This document shows positions 24,329-34,997 of a stretch of DNA of 64,000 nt, one piece after another. This DNA comes from Neoechinorhynchus agilis (taxonomy: Eukaryota > Animalia > Acanthocephala), in assembly GCA_051530055.1 (NCBI GenBank), contig CM121342.1, forward strand, positions 10,803,480 to 10,867,479, written 5' to 3'. The first letter of the stretch is position 1. Every line of letters begins with the position of its first letter. The notes beneath the pieces were generated by a model. The model ran no database searches. It was given only the letters and a program-made list of their open reading frames with translations, and had not been told where the DNA came from. Both the position numbers and the translations under genes were made by a program.

Positions 24329-24359
24329 GGTGTATTTAAAACCATCTTTTCGGGTGGTT

Positions 24360-24426
24360 GACGAAATACCGCTGAAGGGAGGAGGAAACTCACTGATGAG
24401 TCCCGCCTCTTCGGGCGGTATCTGAA
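24360..24426 (+). ncRNA. Candidate permuted hammerhead ribozyme (copy B, 5'-truncated SINE)
   Basis: GAC GAAA UACCGC ... CUCA CUGAUGA GUCCC ... GCGGUAU C UGAA. Confidence 0.65.
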
Positions 24427-24544
24427 GATCCGAAGAGGGGCTCGGTCGAGCGATGTCCGTTCGGGTAGGAATTGGTGCTTATTATTTGCAGGAGAGTTTG
24501 TGAAGTTGGGTCTTTCATCAGGTTCATTTCGGGTCTTTGTATCC

Positions 24545-24820
24545 GAGAAGATTGGGCAGTGATGAAATGAATTGGGATTGCGAGCAATCAAATGCAGTAA
24601 AAATTGTGGTAGACAAGTTGTGAGGCATTTTGATTGTTTTGATGAAAATCTTATAAAGGTATTCTTTGAGTGGGGGAAAATCACCGGTGCAAGTTTTAGA
24701 GGCCTTTCCATGAAACGTTTCAAGGCGACGGATTTGTGATTTGGACAAGTTGCAAAGGACGGGATAGCCGTAGGTGGGGGAGGGTAAAATAAAGCTGCAT
24801 TAAAATTTGGAGAGATCGGG
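24545..24820 (-). mobile_element. LINE RT C-terminal fragment (copy of 12503-12761)
   Basis: Near-identical sequence; translates to SKSQIRRLETFHGKA. Confidence 0.6.
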
Positions 24821-25170
24821 CGAAGATACTCCTAAAATTGCGGAGCCCACCGATAGCTCAAAATCCCTGTTCCAAAGTTAAAGTGTTCGAATCCACGATT
24901 GCCAATGACGCACAACCAAAGGGGACGAAATACTTCTGAAGGGAAGAAACTCACTGATGAGTTCCGCCTTCTCAGGAGGTATCTGAGGATCCGGAGTGTT
25001 GAGTACAAACTCATAACCGCGTATGGTTCAGCAGGGCATACTCCGGATCCTCAGATATCTCCTGAGAAGCCATGGTTCATCGATATTAAGTGTGATTTTA
25101 TGCGCTTTCTTGACCGAGATCGATGGGCTATGTGCCCAAGGAAAAATTATGAGCAGTGGAAAAACCCCAT
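24820..25170 (+). mobile_element. tRNA-derived SINE copy C with permuted hammerhead (24922-24987)
   Basis: B-box gtgttcgaatccac followed by gattgccaatgacgcacaaccaaagggg shared with 59391-59412; GGGAC GAAA UACUUC ... CUCA CUGAUGA GUUCC ... GAGGUAU C UGAG. Confidence 0.75.
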
Positions 25171-25481
25171 TTCAGCACAGAATATTAATAATTTAGTTTT
25201 GTAGATCTAGTCGATTATATTAATTTGCAATTCTGATGTTCCACATAGAGGACATTGAAGTTATTTATTGAATCCCGTATTTAAGAGGTACAATGTTGTG
25301 CTTTATCAATGTTGTTTCGCATGTTTCTAAGACGTAAAATAACTTCAATTTTTTCGTCATATAAAAATATTATTTCAGTGTGTAAGCTTTAGAATCGTTT
25401 CTATGGAAACTGAAACATCATTTGATAAATTGAATGAAATGGTCTTTTGGAAGAAAAATAGAAGATCACTTCTGAGATTGA

Positions 25482-25928
25482 ATGGAAACGTTTAATAGCA
25501 ATGGAGGGATGTTTCGTCGCCATTTTAAACCGATTAGACTACGGCAAACCATTAAGAGAATTGACGATTCCCCAAGCGTAGATGGAGTATCAAATCTAAA
25601 GCAATATCCTAAACGAATCAATAAGCCGCACCCTTTGACTAGAATCTTTGGATTCAACGTGAACGAGTTTCACGGTGAGGACGCAGATAATATTAGAAAT
25701 CATTGTGAAAATACTTCACAAGTTGACAAGTCGATAGTCCAATCGAATGATGTGGTTTCGAACTCAAAGCAGTATAAAACCCAGTTTAATAATGCTAATG
25801 AACATGGGATCGAGAAATCTGTTGAACAAATGAAGAGATTTTGTCAACGTTGTAGCAACAATTATCGACTCAATCTCATTCAATGTAAAGTTTTGTTTTG
25901 CCCATTCTGCGGAACTCGTGTACATTGA
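25482..25928 (+). CDS. Hypothetical 148-aa protein with C-terminal zinc ribbon
   Basis: ATG-initiated ORF ending CQRC-x10-C-x4-CPFCG. Confidence 0.5.
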   Translation: METFNSNGGMFRRHFKPIRLRQTIKRIDDSPSVDGVSNLKQYPKRINKPHPLTRIFGFNVNEFHGEDADNIRNHCENTSQVDKSIVQSNDVVSNSKQYKTQFNNANEHGIEKSVEQMKRFCQRCSNNYRLNLIQCKVLFCPFCGTRVH

Positions 25929-26300
25929 AATGTATCGCATAAACGAATCTTTGGATGTCAATGTAAAGCGCTGGGTGGGGAGGTTCATTAGTTAGACGTG
26001 ACCACGAAGAGCAAGTAATTTGAAATGCAAACTTCTAGGATATTTATAGCCGAAGAAAAACAATCAAGATAAAACGTACAAGACTGAGGATTGAACGCAC
26101 AGTCATATCTCTACAGGAAAAATTAGCCTTAACGACGATCATTCACTCATCACGAAATCCAGGAAACGTTTCATTTTCTCACGAACCTGCTCTTTCGTAA
26201 ATTGAGGACGGAATGGTAAGGTGATTTTGGAGTTGTCTATTTTAGTCTTCACTAAAGGCACTAATTCCGTCCTACATTCACTTTGCTGTTGTTTAAATGC

Positions 26301-29300
26301 TTATGGATGCAATAATATCAAGTAATAGACGAACCTACTGCAAATCTTCATTGCATCCAATAGCCATCTATCAACATTAAGCGTAATCTCAGTAACTCGT
26401 CCTTCTTGGCGAAGAGGCACTCTTTCACTCCGCTGGAATATTCTGATAGTGTCGACGCAACGCGTTTCATCTTGTCGGTCAAATAAAGAAGTTTGGGATT
26501 CAATAGCTCGGTTATGTTCATTGAGACGATTCAATTTTGCATCAAATACCCATTTGTCTTTATAGGAAAACTTTATCTTTCCAAGTCTCACATTCTCAAC
26601 CACTGAACTGATTTTTAACTTCTTGTCGCTCTCTGGTTTTTGCTCGATATTCGTTTCAGATGCAAGCTCTTGAACAACCACATCATCAGCTAAATCGCCA
26701 TTTTCATGCTGCTTTATTGTTGAATCATCCTCCTTCTCTATGTCCTCTAAGTGAGTGATATCCACGTCGCCACGTTCCTGGTAATCTTTTGCTATTGTTT
26801 CAGGATTACTCGTAATTTCAATATCCTCTATATTGTCTTGTCGGTTCCTTTGCCGTCTTATAGAAGGAGCTGAGACAAACGGATCAGCCGGAATTAATTT
26901 TTCCATTTCATCTGCAGACTTTTCTTTTAGTCCTGAACCTACGGGATCCGGTTTTCGAACGCTCTGCCCAACACTACATTTTGGTGGATCTGATGTGGCA
27001 GTATCAGGCTTAGTTGAAGTATTAGAAGCAGCAGCACTCTCGCGTGCCAATCTTCTTTGTTGTCGTCTCCATCTATTATTTCCTCGGCGTCCGGTATCAC
27101 CTTTAGCTGATTTCGCCGGGCCTCGGTTTTCTTCACAGGCAACGATTTCTGTCGCTGAGCTTCTTGAAACTGGAAGTACAGCTTCTTCGGTGCTAATGTA
27201 CTTTTGTGAAACAGATTTCACCTCCTGTTCGGCTTTAGCACTTTCTGTAAATTCTGGGAGTTCTAGAGCTTCGGTTGTCTCCGATTTCACCTCTTGTTCG
27301 TCTGTAACTTCTGGGAGTTCCAAAGCCTCGATTTTCTCCGATTTCACCTCTTGTTCAGTTTTAGTACAACCTGTGGCTTTGGGGAGTTCTGGAGCTTCGG
27401 TTGTCCCCGACTTCGCCTCTTGTTCGTCTGTAACTTCTGGGAGTTCTAAAGCTTCGGTTTTCTCCGATTTCACCTCTTGTTCAGTTTTATCACAATCTGT
27501 GGCTTTGGGGAGCTCTGGAGCTTTGGATCCAGTTGTCTCCGATTTCACCTTTTGTTCGTCTGTAACTTCTGGGAGTCCTAAAGCTTTGTTTGTCTCCGAT
27601 TTCGCCTCCTGTTCGGATGCTTCGGTTATCTCCGATTTCACCTCTTGTTTAATTTTGACACAATCTGTAACTTTGGGAAGTTTTGGAGCTTTGAATTCAG
27701 TTGTCAACGATTTCGCCTCTTGTGCAGTTTTAGCACTTTCGGTAAATTCTGGGAGTTCTGGAGCTTTGGATTCGGCTATCTCCAATTTCGCCTCTTGTTC
27801 GTCTATAACTTCTGGGAGTTCTAAAGCTTCGACTTTGGTTGTCTTCAATTTCACCTCTTGTTTGATTTTGGCACAATACATAATTTTGGGAAGTTCTGGA
27901 GCCTTGGATTCAGTTGTCACCGATTTCACCTCTTGTTCGGTTTTGGCACAATCTGTAACTTTGGGAAGGTCTGGAGCTTTGGATTCAGTTGTCACCGATT
28001 GCGCCTCGCGTTCAGTTTCAGCAATATTTATAACTTGTGGAAGTTCTGGAGTTTTGGATTCAGTTGTCACGGATTCCGCCTCTTGTTCGGTTTTAGCAAT
28101 AATTGTAACTTGTGTAAGCTCTGGAGCTTTCGATTCGGTTGTCTCCGATTCCACCTCTTGTGTAGTTTTAGTACTATCTGTAGCTTCTTGGAGTTCTGGA
28201 GCTTTGACTTTGCTTGTTTCGGATATTATTCCTGCATCTTCTGAAGGCATTTTGGATAAAACGTGCGTTCTATTTTCTCTGAGTTCGGAATCTTCCATCT
28301 TATCTGAGCAATACATTTTATCCTTGATTGAAAATACCCGAACAACGCGCTTCGATTTGTATTCTATCATCGGTTGAATTTTTGGCCAAACATTCCAAAT
28401 CTCGTGTATAGCGTTAACACGTGTGCTATTTACATCCTCTGTTTGGTCTACATTTTTATGTTGTATAACATTATTATCCGGATTATCTGTTTCATCTTCA
28501 TAACTTTCTCTTTTTTGCCCACCTTCGGAATCATCCGGAACTGCTGGAGTAATCGAACTCTTCACTTCCGTTTCACGCGCAATCGCAATATCCGTTTTTT
28601 CCACATCATGAATTTCATCTGAATTTTTAAAAACTTTGATGTGCTCTTCCTTGTCTTCGGACGATAAATCCACAATGTTGGAATCTTGCAAGGAAACATT
28701 TGATTTCTCGCTTAAACCGTGTTTCGTCGTGAAATCATCAGTGTCAGTCTGATTCTGAACGCCCAGCACTAAAAGGGGCGATGTTATGATCTGACGACTT
28801 TCTGTATCCTTTTGACGTTCCGCGTGGTCTTCAGTTGCCTCACTGACCACTTCGGAGTATGCAAGGCTCAGCTCAATCGCTTTTTGCAACTTGTTTTCAA
28901 TTTCAAGAACTTCCTCATTGCTGCCTAATGCTACTTTTAATCTATCTACGCCTGAGCCGGTTTCCTCATGTTCACTTCCAGTAGGTTCATTGTACAATGC
29001 TAGATTATGAATATTCGAGGGTGGCTGAACGACACTTTCCGTAATCATGACCAAAGTCGCAATGTCCGAAGTATTTTTATCGGGCGAATCAGCTTCCACG
29101 AATTTTGCTCTTGCTTCTTGTTCTTGTTCCGAAAAACGTTTCGAACTCCCAGACGTGAACGAATCCTCATCCGTTCGACCTTGGGTTTTTTCTAGGCACT
29201 CCAAGCCCAATAAAGTACCTTTCTCGTCATTCGACTTCGCTGTCGGGTCAAAAGATTCAATTCGGTTTGATTGCTTAATAAGGTTTTCATCGTTCGCATG

Positions 29301-31232
29301 TTCCTCCATAAAACCAGAGCTCTCGCATTCAATTGGTACCATTTCCGCTGGACTTGTATCACCAGCAAACTCCGATCTAGGATCATCCACAATCGATACT
29401 TCAACCTTGGTTTGCACACCCTGAAGCTCTAAAACTTTATCCCCCTTTATCTCAGTTCTAGGTTCATCGACAATCTTAAGACTTACGTCTTCCGTCAAAA
29501 CTGAAATTGATTTCTCTTTACAAGTCTTATATTGCACTTCTTCTTTTCTAACGGACGGTATTTCTGAACTTTTCGGTGTCACATCTTCGGTTTTTGGTCT
29601 TGCCGATTTATCAGATTTCGAATGGCGGGTTCTCGTGGGAGGTGTGGTGTTACTACTTCTTGGATTATTTGCGATATCTACTTGACTCGCATATTCGGCC
29701 CTCCGTTGTGCCCACTTTTTCTTGTTTCGTCTGCTTAATGTCGGCGGTGATCCGGTCTGAATCGGTTTTTTCTCGTTTCCGCCTGATTTTCCTTTATGTG
29801 CCTTATTGATTTCTCTCGTCGATCTTTCATCTGTAACAAAAGTGGATTCTGTATTCGATCCGTCATTCTCTTCCAACGGTGATTTCTCAGCTTTTGCTTC
29901 GTATAAGGGATTCTCTGTATTACGCGGAGTGGTTGCTCCACTTTGTTGTTGAACGTCTTCTTCTTTTGTCGTATTCTCTATGAATTGTAAGGTGGCGGGT
30001 ATATCACTTACCATGTCGCCTATTGGCTCCGAATTTTCATTAGCTAAATCAAGAACTTCTTTAGAAGCGCTAACTTCAATCTTGTAATCCGATCCACTGG
30101 GTTCTACAGCTTCGTCGTTTTTTATTTCAATTTCCGATTCGCAGCCCAGTGCATTCTCTACTTGAGTGAGCTCTTCTTTCATCGGGTCACTAGCCGCAGT
30201 AATCGAGATGAATGCTGTTTCGGTTGCATCTTTTAAAACTCTGTTAACATTACTTGCAGATTCAAAAACAAATTCCTCCATGTTTTTGGTCTGTGGTTGA
30301 GCGCTAATGGTGAACACTATTTTATTATCATTGTTGGTTATTGCTTCCTGTAAACTTAATTCAATTTCCCGATCTTCACTCTTTCCAATTTGCATTTTGA
30401 ATTCTATTACATTCGGTACGACATTACTTGTTTGGTCTATCACCTCTTCAATCTTAAAATCTTGTGTAGTGGTCACTACATCCATTTCTTCGAACGATTT
30501 TTCCACATTACCAATTAAGTCCGTTTCTATTCCAGTAATCTCGGTCTGACATTTTTCTTTGTTTTCAGACTCCTCGTGAATAGAATTCGAAGATTCTATT
30601 ACAACCGAGACTGCAAAAGGTTCTTCAAGCGAAATGCTTGTATAATTTGAAGCGCTTCCAGGTATTTTGTTCACTTCGTCTTTATTTTCCTCCATCAGAA
30701 CTCTCACATCCACTTCCAATTTCTCGGTCTCCTTAAAAATTAGTTCATTTTCCTTCGATTCGACCACAGATTCACTCATTTCCGGTTCCAAATGACCTGT
30801 TTGCTTCACATCATCGTTTGACGCTTGAACTATGTTCAACACAACTTCACCGCTTGGCACGATCCCCGAGTCCTCATTTTTCGGATCTTTAACAATCGCT
30901 TCTTCGATGACGTCCATTAGTTCCTTTTCTATTTTTGTCAATCGAACTAGCTGTTCAATACCTTCCGTGGCCACAGTAAAAAAAATCGGTACTTGTTTAC
31001 GTCGCCTTTTTTCACTGTCCTTTTCGTCTTTTTGCAATGTCTGTGAGATCGTAGTGATAATTTGGTTAAGTCTGCTCAATAAACCCTCGTACTCTACTCT
31101 TATCCGATTTAAGCTGCTGATCAAACGGTTTCCTTTTCTCACAAGTTCAACCAATTGATTATCCACTTCGATTTCGTCACGCTCTTCACAATCTATATCA
31201 CTATCAGTACGTTCGCTGTCGTTATTGCTCAT
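26301..31232 (-). CDS. Large acidic, low-complexity protein (1643 aa) with N-terminal coiled-coil-like segment and internal tandem repeats
   Basis: Uninterrupted 4.9-kb ORF in AT-rich DNA; Glu/Ser/Thr/Lys-rich; no recognisable domain. Confidence 0.85.
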   Translation of the reverse strand: MSNNDSERTDSDIDCEERDEIEVDNQLVELVRKGNRLISSLNRIRVEYEGLLSRLNQIITTISQTLQKDEKDSEKRRRKQVPIFFTVATEGIEQLVRLTKIEKELMDVIEEAIVKDPKNEDSGIVPSGEVVLNIVQASNDDVKQTGHLEPEMSESVVESKENELIFKETEKLEVDVRVLMEENKDEVNKIPGSASNYTSISLEEPFAVSVVIESSNSIHEESENKEKCQTEITGIETDLIGNVEKSFEEMDVVTTTQDFKIEEVIDQTSNVVPNVIEFKMQIGKSEDREIELSLQEAITNNDNKIVFTISAQPQTKNMEEFVFESASNVNRVLKDATETAFISITAASDPMKEELTQVENALGCESEIEIKNDEAVEPSGSDYKIEVSASKEVLDLANENSEPIGDMVSDIPATLQFIENTTKEEDVQQQSGATTPRNTENPLYEAKAEKSPLEENDGSNTESTFVTDERSTREINKAHKGKSGGNEKKPIQTGSPPTLSRRNKKKWAQRRAEYASQVDIANNPRSSNTTPPTRTRHSKSDKSARPKTEDVTPKSSEIPSVRKEEVQYKTCKEKSISVLTEDVSLKIVDEPRTEIKGDKVLELQGVQTKVEVSIVDDPRSEFAGDTSPAEMVPIECESSGFMEEHANDENLIKQSNRIESFDPTAKSNDEKGTLLGLECLEKTQGRTDEDSFTSGSSKRFSEQEQEARAKFVEADSPDKNTSDIATLVMITESVVQPPSNIHNLALYNEPTGSEHEETGSGVDRLKVALGSNEEVLEIENKLQKAIELSLAYSEVVSEATEDHAERQKDTESRQIITSPLLVLGVQNQTDTDDFTTKHGLSEKSNVSLQDSNIVDLSSEDKEEHIKVFKNSDEIHDVEKTDIAIARETEVKSSITPAVPDDSEGGQKRESYEDETDNPDNNVIQHKNVDQTEDVNSTRVNAIHEIWNVWPKIQPMIEYKSKRVVRVFSIKDKMYCSDKMEDSELRENRTHVLSKMPSEDAGIISETSKVKAPELQEATDSTKTTQEVESETTESKAPELTQVTIIAKTEQEAESVTTESKTPELPQVINIAETEREAQSVTTESKAPDLPKVTDCAKTEQEVKSVTTESKAPELPKIMYCAKIKQEVKLKTTKVEALELPEVIDEQEAKLEIAESKAPELPEFTESAKTAQEAKSLTTEFKAPKLPKVTDCVKIKQEVKSEITEASEQEAKSETNKALGLPEVTDEQKVKSETTGSKAPELPKATDCDKTEQEVKSEKTEALELPEVTDEQEAKSGTTEAPELPKATGCTKTEQEVKSEKIEALELPEVTDEQEVKSETTEALELPEFTESAKAEQEVKSVSQKYISTEEAVLPVSRSSATEIVACEENRGPAKSAKGDTGRRGNNRWRRQQRRLARESAAASNTSTKPDTATSDPPKCSVGQSVRKPDPVGSGLKEKSADEMEKLIPADPFVSAPSIRRQRNRQDNIEDIEITSNPETIAKDYQERGDVDITHLEDIEKEDDSTIKQHENGDLADDVVVQELASETNIEQKPESDKKLKISSVVENVRLGKIKFSYKDKWVFDAKLNRLNEHNRAIESQTSLFDRQDETRCVDTIRIFQRSERVPLRQEGRVTEITLNVDRWLLDAMKICSRFVYYLILLHP
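27200..28210 (-). repeat. Coding tandem repeats (~26-aa KAPELPxVTDxAKTEQEVKSxTTES units interspersed with ~19-20-aa variants)
   Basis: Recurrent tctgggagttct..agctt motifs on the + strand and repeated KAPELP/EALELP peptides. Confidence 0.85.
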
Positions 31233-34106
31233 TGTTTTTAAAAGCTAATACTTTAAGAACAGAGTTAAAAATATAGTAGCCTTATTTTTTAGTTTAAAAT
31301 CGTTTAGCTTTTGTATACACTGATCGCGCTAATGTTTATTAACGTGATACGCGAAGGGAGTATCGATTTTTTATATCGTTTCGTATTTATGGATCAGCAC
31401 GGTGGACTCGAATACAGAATCAACTAAAGAGCTTGTGACTATTAATAGTATCTTTTCGCAGCAATAACCGCTTGAAGAAAGTATACGATTAGTAAGTAAA
31501 TCAGTCTTTAAAATATTGAGAGGACGAATGGAAGCCGCTTAATGATAACTGACCGAGAAATTCAAATATAACGAAAAACTATATTTTAAAGAGTCGGGAA
31601 AAACTTTCAACTTTTGTTTTGTATATTGATAAATTCTCTAAATGGTATAGTACTTCTTTGTCTGACAAGAAGAGATTAGATACTTTTCCTTGAATATCGT
31701 AATGATCAGCTATAGGAAATTATTCAACAAACATAATTATTTTTGTGATGAAGTTCATAATCACAGTTTTAGATTTCATCGCGGGATTAGGGCGAAACGG
31801 CCGTTTTTGTTCTGACCGTTGTAGCACAAAGCTCGCGATGTAAAAGGCCTGCCTGTTCTTGGAGTTCGTAGTATTCTAAGCCTAAAGCAACAGTAAATCA
31901 TTTACGCTCCAAGGGTAATTTTTTAGCACCAATTCATTTAATTGTCCACATTGTGTCCTAGAATGACTAAAGATGTGAGTTTGATACGCTTTTCCTTTAT
32001 TGAAAAATTCACGCTGCTCATTGGAAATCGTACTTGAAGAAAAATTTCAATTTTATTTCACGCTCTACTCCTTATGTTAACCCTCAAACTAAAAGTGATG
32101 AATCTGATATGTCCGGGTATCATCACCATTCGTTACAGTGGTTGCCCGCTCTTCTATTTCCAAGGATCGAGTCTCTTCATTTCCTTTAAGTTCACTCATA
32201 AGAACCAATTTATTGTACTCATCTACGAGTCTGTTGTATTTAATCTAAGTTCCCACGAGTTTTTTGTTCAATGCTTTTGAGTCGATTTAGTTGACTACCT
32301 TAATCAGTTGAAGATTTGTCTCCAGAAATCGTTGTTTCACGTTCAGATCTGAGCAAATGTGAAGCCGCAGTACCACTGAGCTTTCTACAGTTTGATTGAA
32401 TATGGTGTCATTCATTATATTAACAGAAAAGCTGTTTATGAACATTATACTATCCCCTATAGAAGCATGAAATTTTCTTGGACATGAGGAAAATTAGAAA
32501 TTAAAATTACCTAGCCTCAATTGTCTCGACATGGCTGCGGTGCCACCAATCTCCAAATGATTTATACATCTTACGATTTCGGATTTTGTGTTATCCTTCG
32601 TCCATACAAACTTTACAGTCTGTGTCGATGAGAACAAGGAAGATGAATAAGCGAAAAAACTTTCGAAAAACCAAAACATAAAATAAGTGGCGAAAACCAA
32701 CACGATTTCCGATACTCAAGTATTACTCAGGATATTAATGGAGCGGAGTTAAAGAGTTGGCGCTGAATATAAAGCATTGCAAACGGCTTTAAAGTTAGCA
32801 GATGGAATTCCAAATGGTCAATTTACCTGCCACCCGAATCCATAATGCGGTACATTTGAAATCCTTGCAAGCTCTACGATTTTTGTACAATAAGGCATTG
32901 TGTCCGTTTTAATTTCGATTTCTCTCGTTCGATTCTGAGGTTTGTCCATCGGTTCAATAGTTCTAACTAATTTCATCGACCAAAAAATATACTCAAGTAC
33001 GAGATGTATGAATAAGTGATATCGTGTAGAAAAAGAAGTCTCACAAAGACTATGCGAAGGAAAGCACGTATTTTCACCAAGCAAAATTTATACCAACGAA
33101 GAGGTAAAGAACAAGTCGGACGACGGATGGTTATTTAGTGAATTTCCATAACTTAAGATTATCACACTTTTGAAAAAACGCTCAAATCTGTCCTTGAAGT
33201 TTTGAATTTCGTCAAACGCTCTTCATTATTTTCTAACGAAAAAAAGAAGTGTGCTAGAGCGCATGCAAAGTGTTTTAAGAGTGCTTTTTGTGCCGCAAGT
33301 GGATGTGTTGCTACACTAAGCTTTCCCAATTATCAAGTATTTTTGGTTAATAGTCGTGAGAAAATGAATTGATTTGCACTTAAAAATGAGTGAGTGCGCA
33401 TGGGAACTCCAGTGCAAATTCTAGCAAACGCATTTCTATCACCGGGGGCAAAATTTCATAAGTTTGGAATTGATTCTATGAAATTCACGAATTTTTATCA
33501 TATTTTCCAATAACGCTTTTTAAAAATAAGTGTAAATTTGTATTGCATCCCAACAAAATTTAATATACTTTTAAAAGTAATTCTCTCAAAAGTCTTAGAA
33601 ATGCCTGCTATTTTATTTTGCTTAAAAATTTGGTTGTGTTGATTGGCTAGATTTTCGTTATGCATTTATGGTAACTAATCGATTTATCGAGGAACAGAAG
33701 TCATCTTTTGGTAGTTGTTTAAAAACTGGAAAACGTCGCAGTTTTCCGACGTGAAACATCGGTAATAAATTAGTCAATTTAAATCTATGGAATGACAAAA
33801 CTACTAAAAGAAAGTAACTAATGCATCATTCTTGAATTTATTTCAATGTTGCTTGTCATTTGAGAGACAGTCTGAGCTAAAAGCATGCATTGAGAACAAT
33901 ATCCGGTTCTGCAGCCGCAGCCGTTTCCCAAGAGAGTTTAACATAACGATCGATACCTGAGCTTAAGGGAGTAGAAAATAGTGCGAAATACGCTTGTTAC
34001 GATTCAGTATCTTGAGAAAGCGGCTAGTAGGACAAGGACTCATTTTACAATTCGAGGTATTCACAATCAAACGAAATTGGCCAAAGTAGTATAAGAGCTT
34101 TGTCTG

Positions 34107-34645
34107 ATGCATTTAATTCTTTTCTGGTCACTTGGATTCTACTTTGTGCTAGCAATTTACGACAAACGTATTAGTGAAAGTGAAGTCGACATCCTGGACC
34201 AGTCTAACGTTTACATGCATAAATCAAGTGAGTGGTTTTTTTGAATTGATTTAATCAAAAGCGATTTAAAGGATTAAGCCAACACCAGGAAGGAGATAAT
34301 CGATACTGTGATCCACCGAATCCATGTCCTGAAGACGTGCTAAGTAAAACTCTCTTAACTCTCAGCGGATTTATTTTTTACGAATAAGGCGATGATTGCG
34401 ATGATTCCGATTATTCCAAGTTCACCCAAGAATACAGTAGAAGGTATCAAAGGACGCAAGACTGCGAATGCGATGATCAACATGATATTTGTCAGGTTTG
34501 AATTTATTGATTTCTTATATCCTTACGCATAAACTGTGATTTATTTCAGTTTAATGAATACTCAAAAATGCTCGCGGCATCGCACTTAGCATCAGCTTTG
34601 AAAACTAAAAGCAACGACGTGAAGAAAGCTTATTCAGTATGGTAG
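34107..34645 (+). CDS. SCG5: Neuroendocrine protein 7B2-like (secretogranin V family), 4 exons, ~131 aa
   Basis: Exons 34107-34227, 34272-34343, 34389-34495 and 34550-34645 join in frame through GT-AG introns of 44, 45 and 54 nt. The product has a signal-like N-terminus, YCDPPNPCP and EYSRRYQRTQDCECDDQH, typical of invertebrate 7B2. Confidence 0.75.
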
Positions 34646-34800
34646 AGTAGATCTCGTTTAATTAAAAATTAGACTGATTGAATTGGGCTGATGCCAAAAG
34701 TGTGTTTGGCAAAATCAATAAATCATAGCCGAGGAAATTTGTCGTTATATCAAAATGTCGATATGCGAGGAGGTACTGTGGGCTATGTGGTTAGAAGTGT

Positions 34801-34997
34801 GTTATTTAGAAGTCTTGACCCAGTAAAGAGTTAATTAAAGACGTTCTGCGAACCTCGTAGGCTCTTCATCATCAGTTCTAAAAAATATAAGTGGCGAAAT
34901 GGTTATTCTGCTCTCGAGAGAGAACTGATAATGAATCTGAGGATGTCAGCAGAACATATTTAATAAACTCTTAACAGGGTGAAAACTTCTAAATAAC
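34801..34997. repeat. Head-to-head inverted repeat of the family at 81-228 and 3016-3172
   Basis: gttatttagaagt / acttctaaataac and ttcatcatcagttct / agaactgataatgaa are reverse complements; 41-nt spacer. Confidence 0.85.

Noticed and set aside
26833-28377. 514-aa plus-strand Ser-rich ORF
   Set aside because: Antisense shadow of the repeat region of the 1643-aa ORF; no ATG start, and stop-poor because of the repeat codons.
31440-33200. Possible decayed DNA-transposon (MULE-like HNH) coding remnants
   Set aside because: Only isolated short peptides with many stops; no catalytic motif could be assembled.
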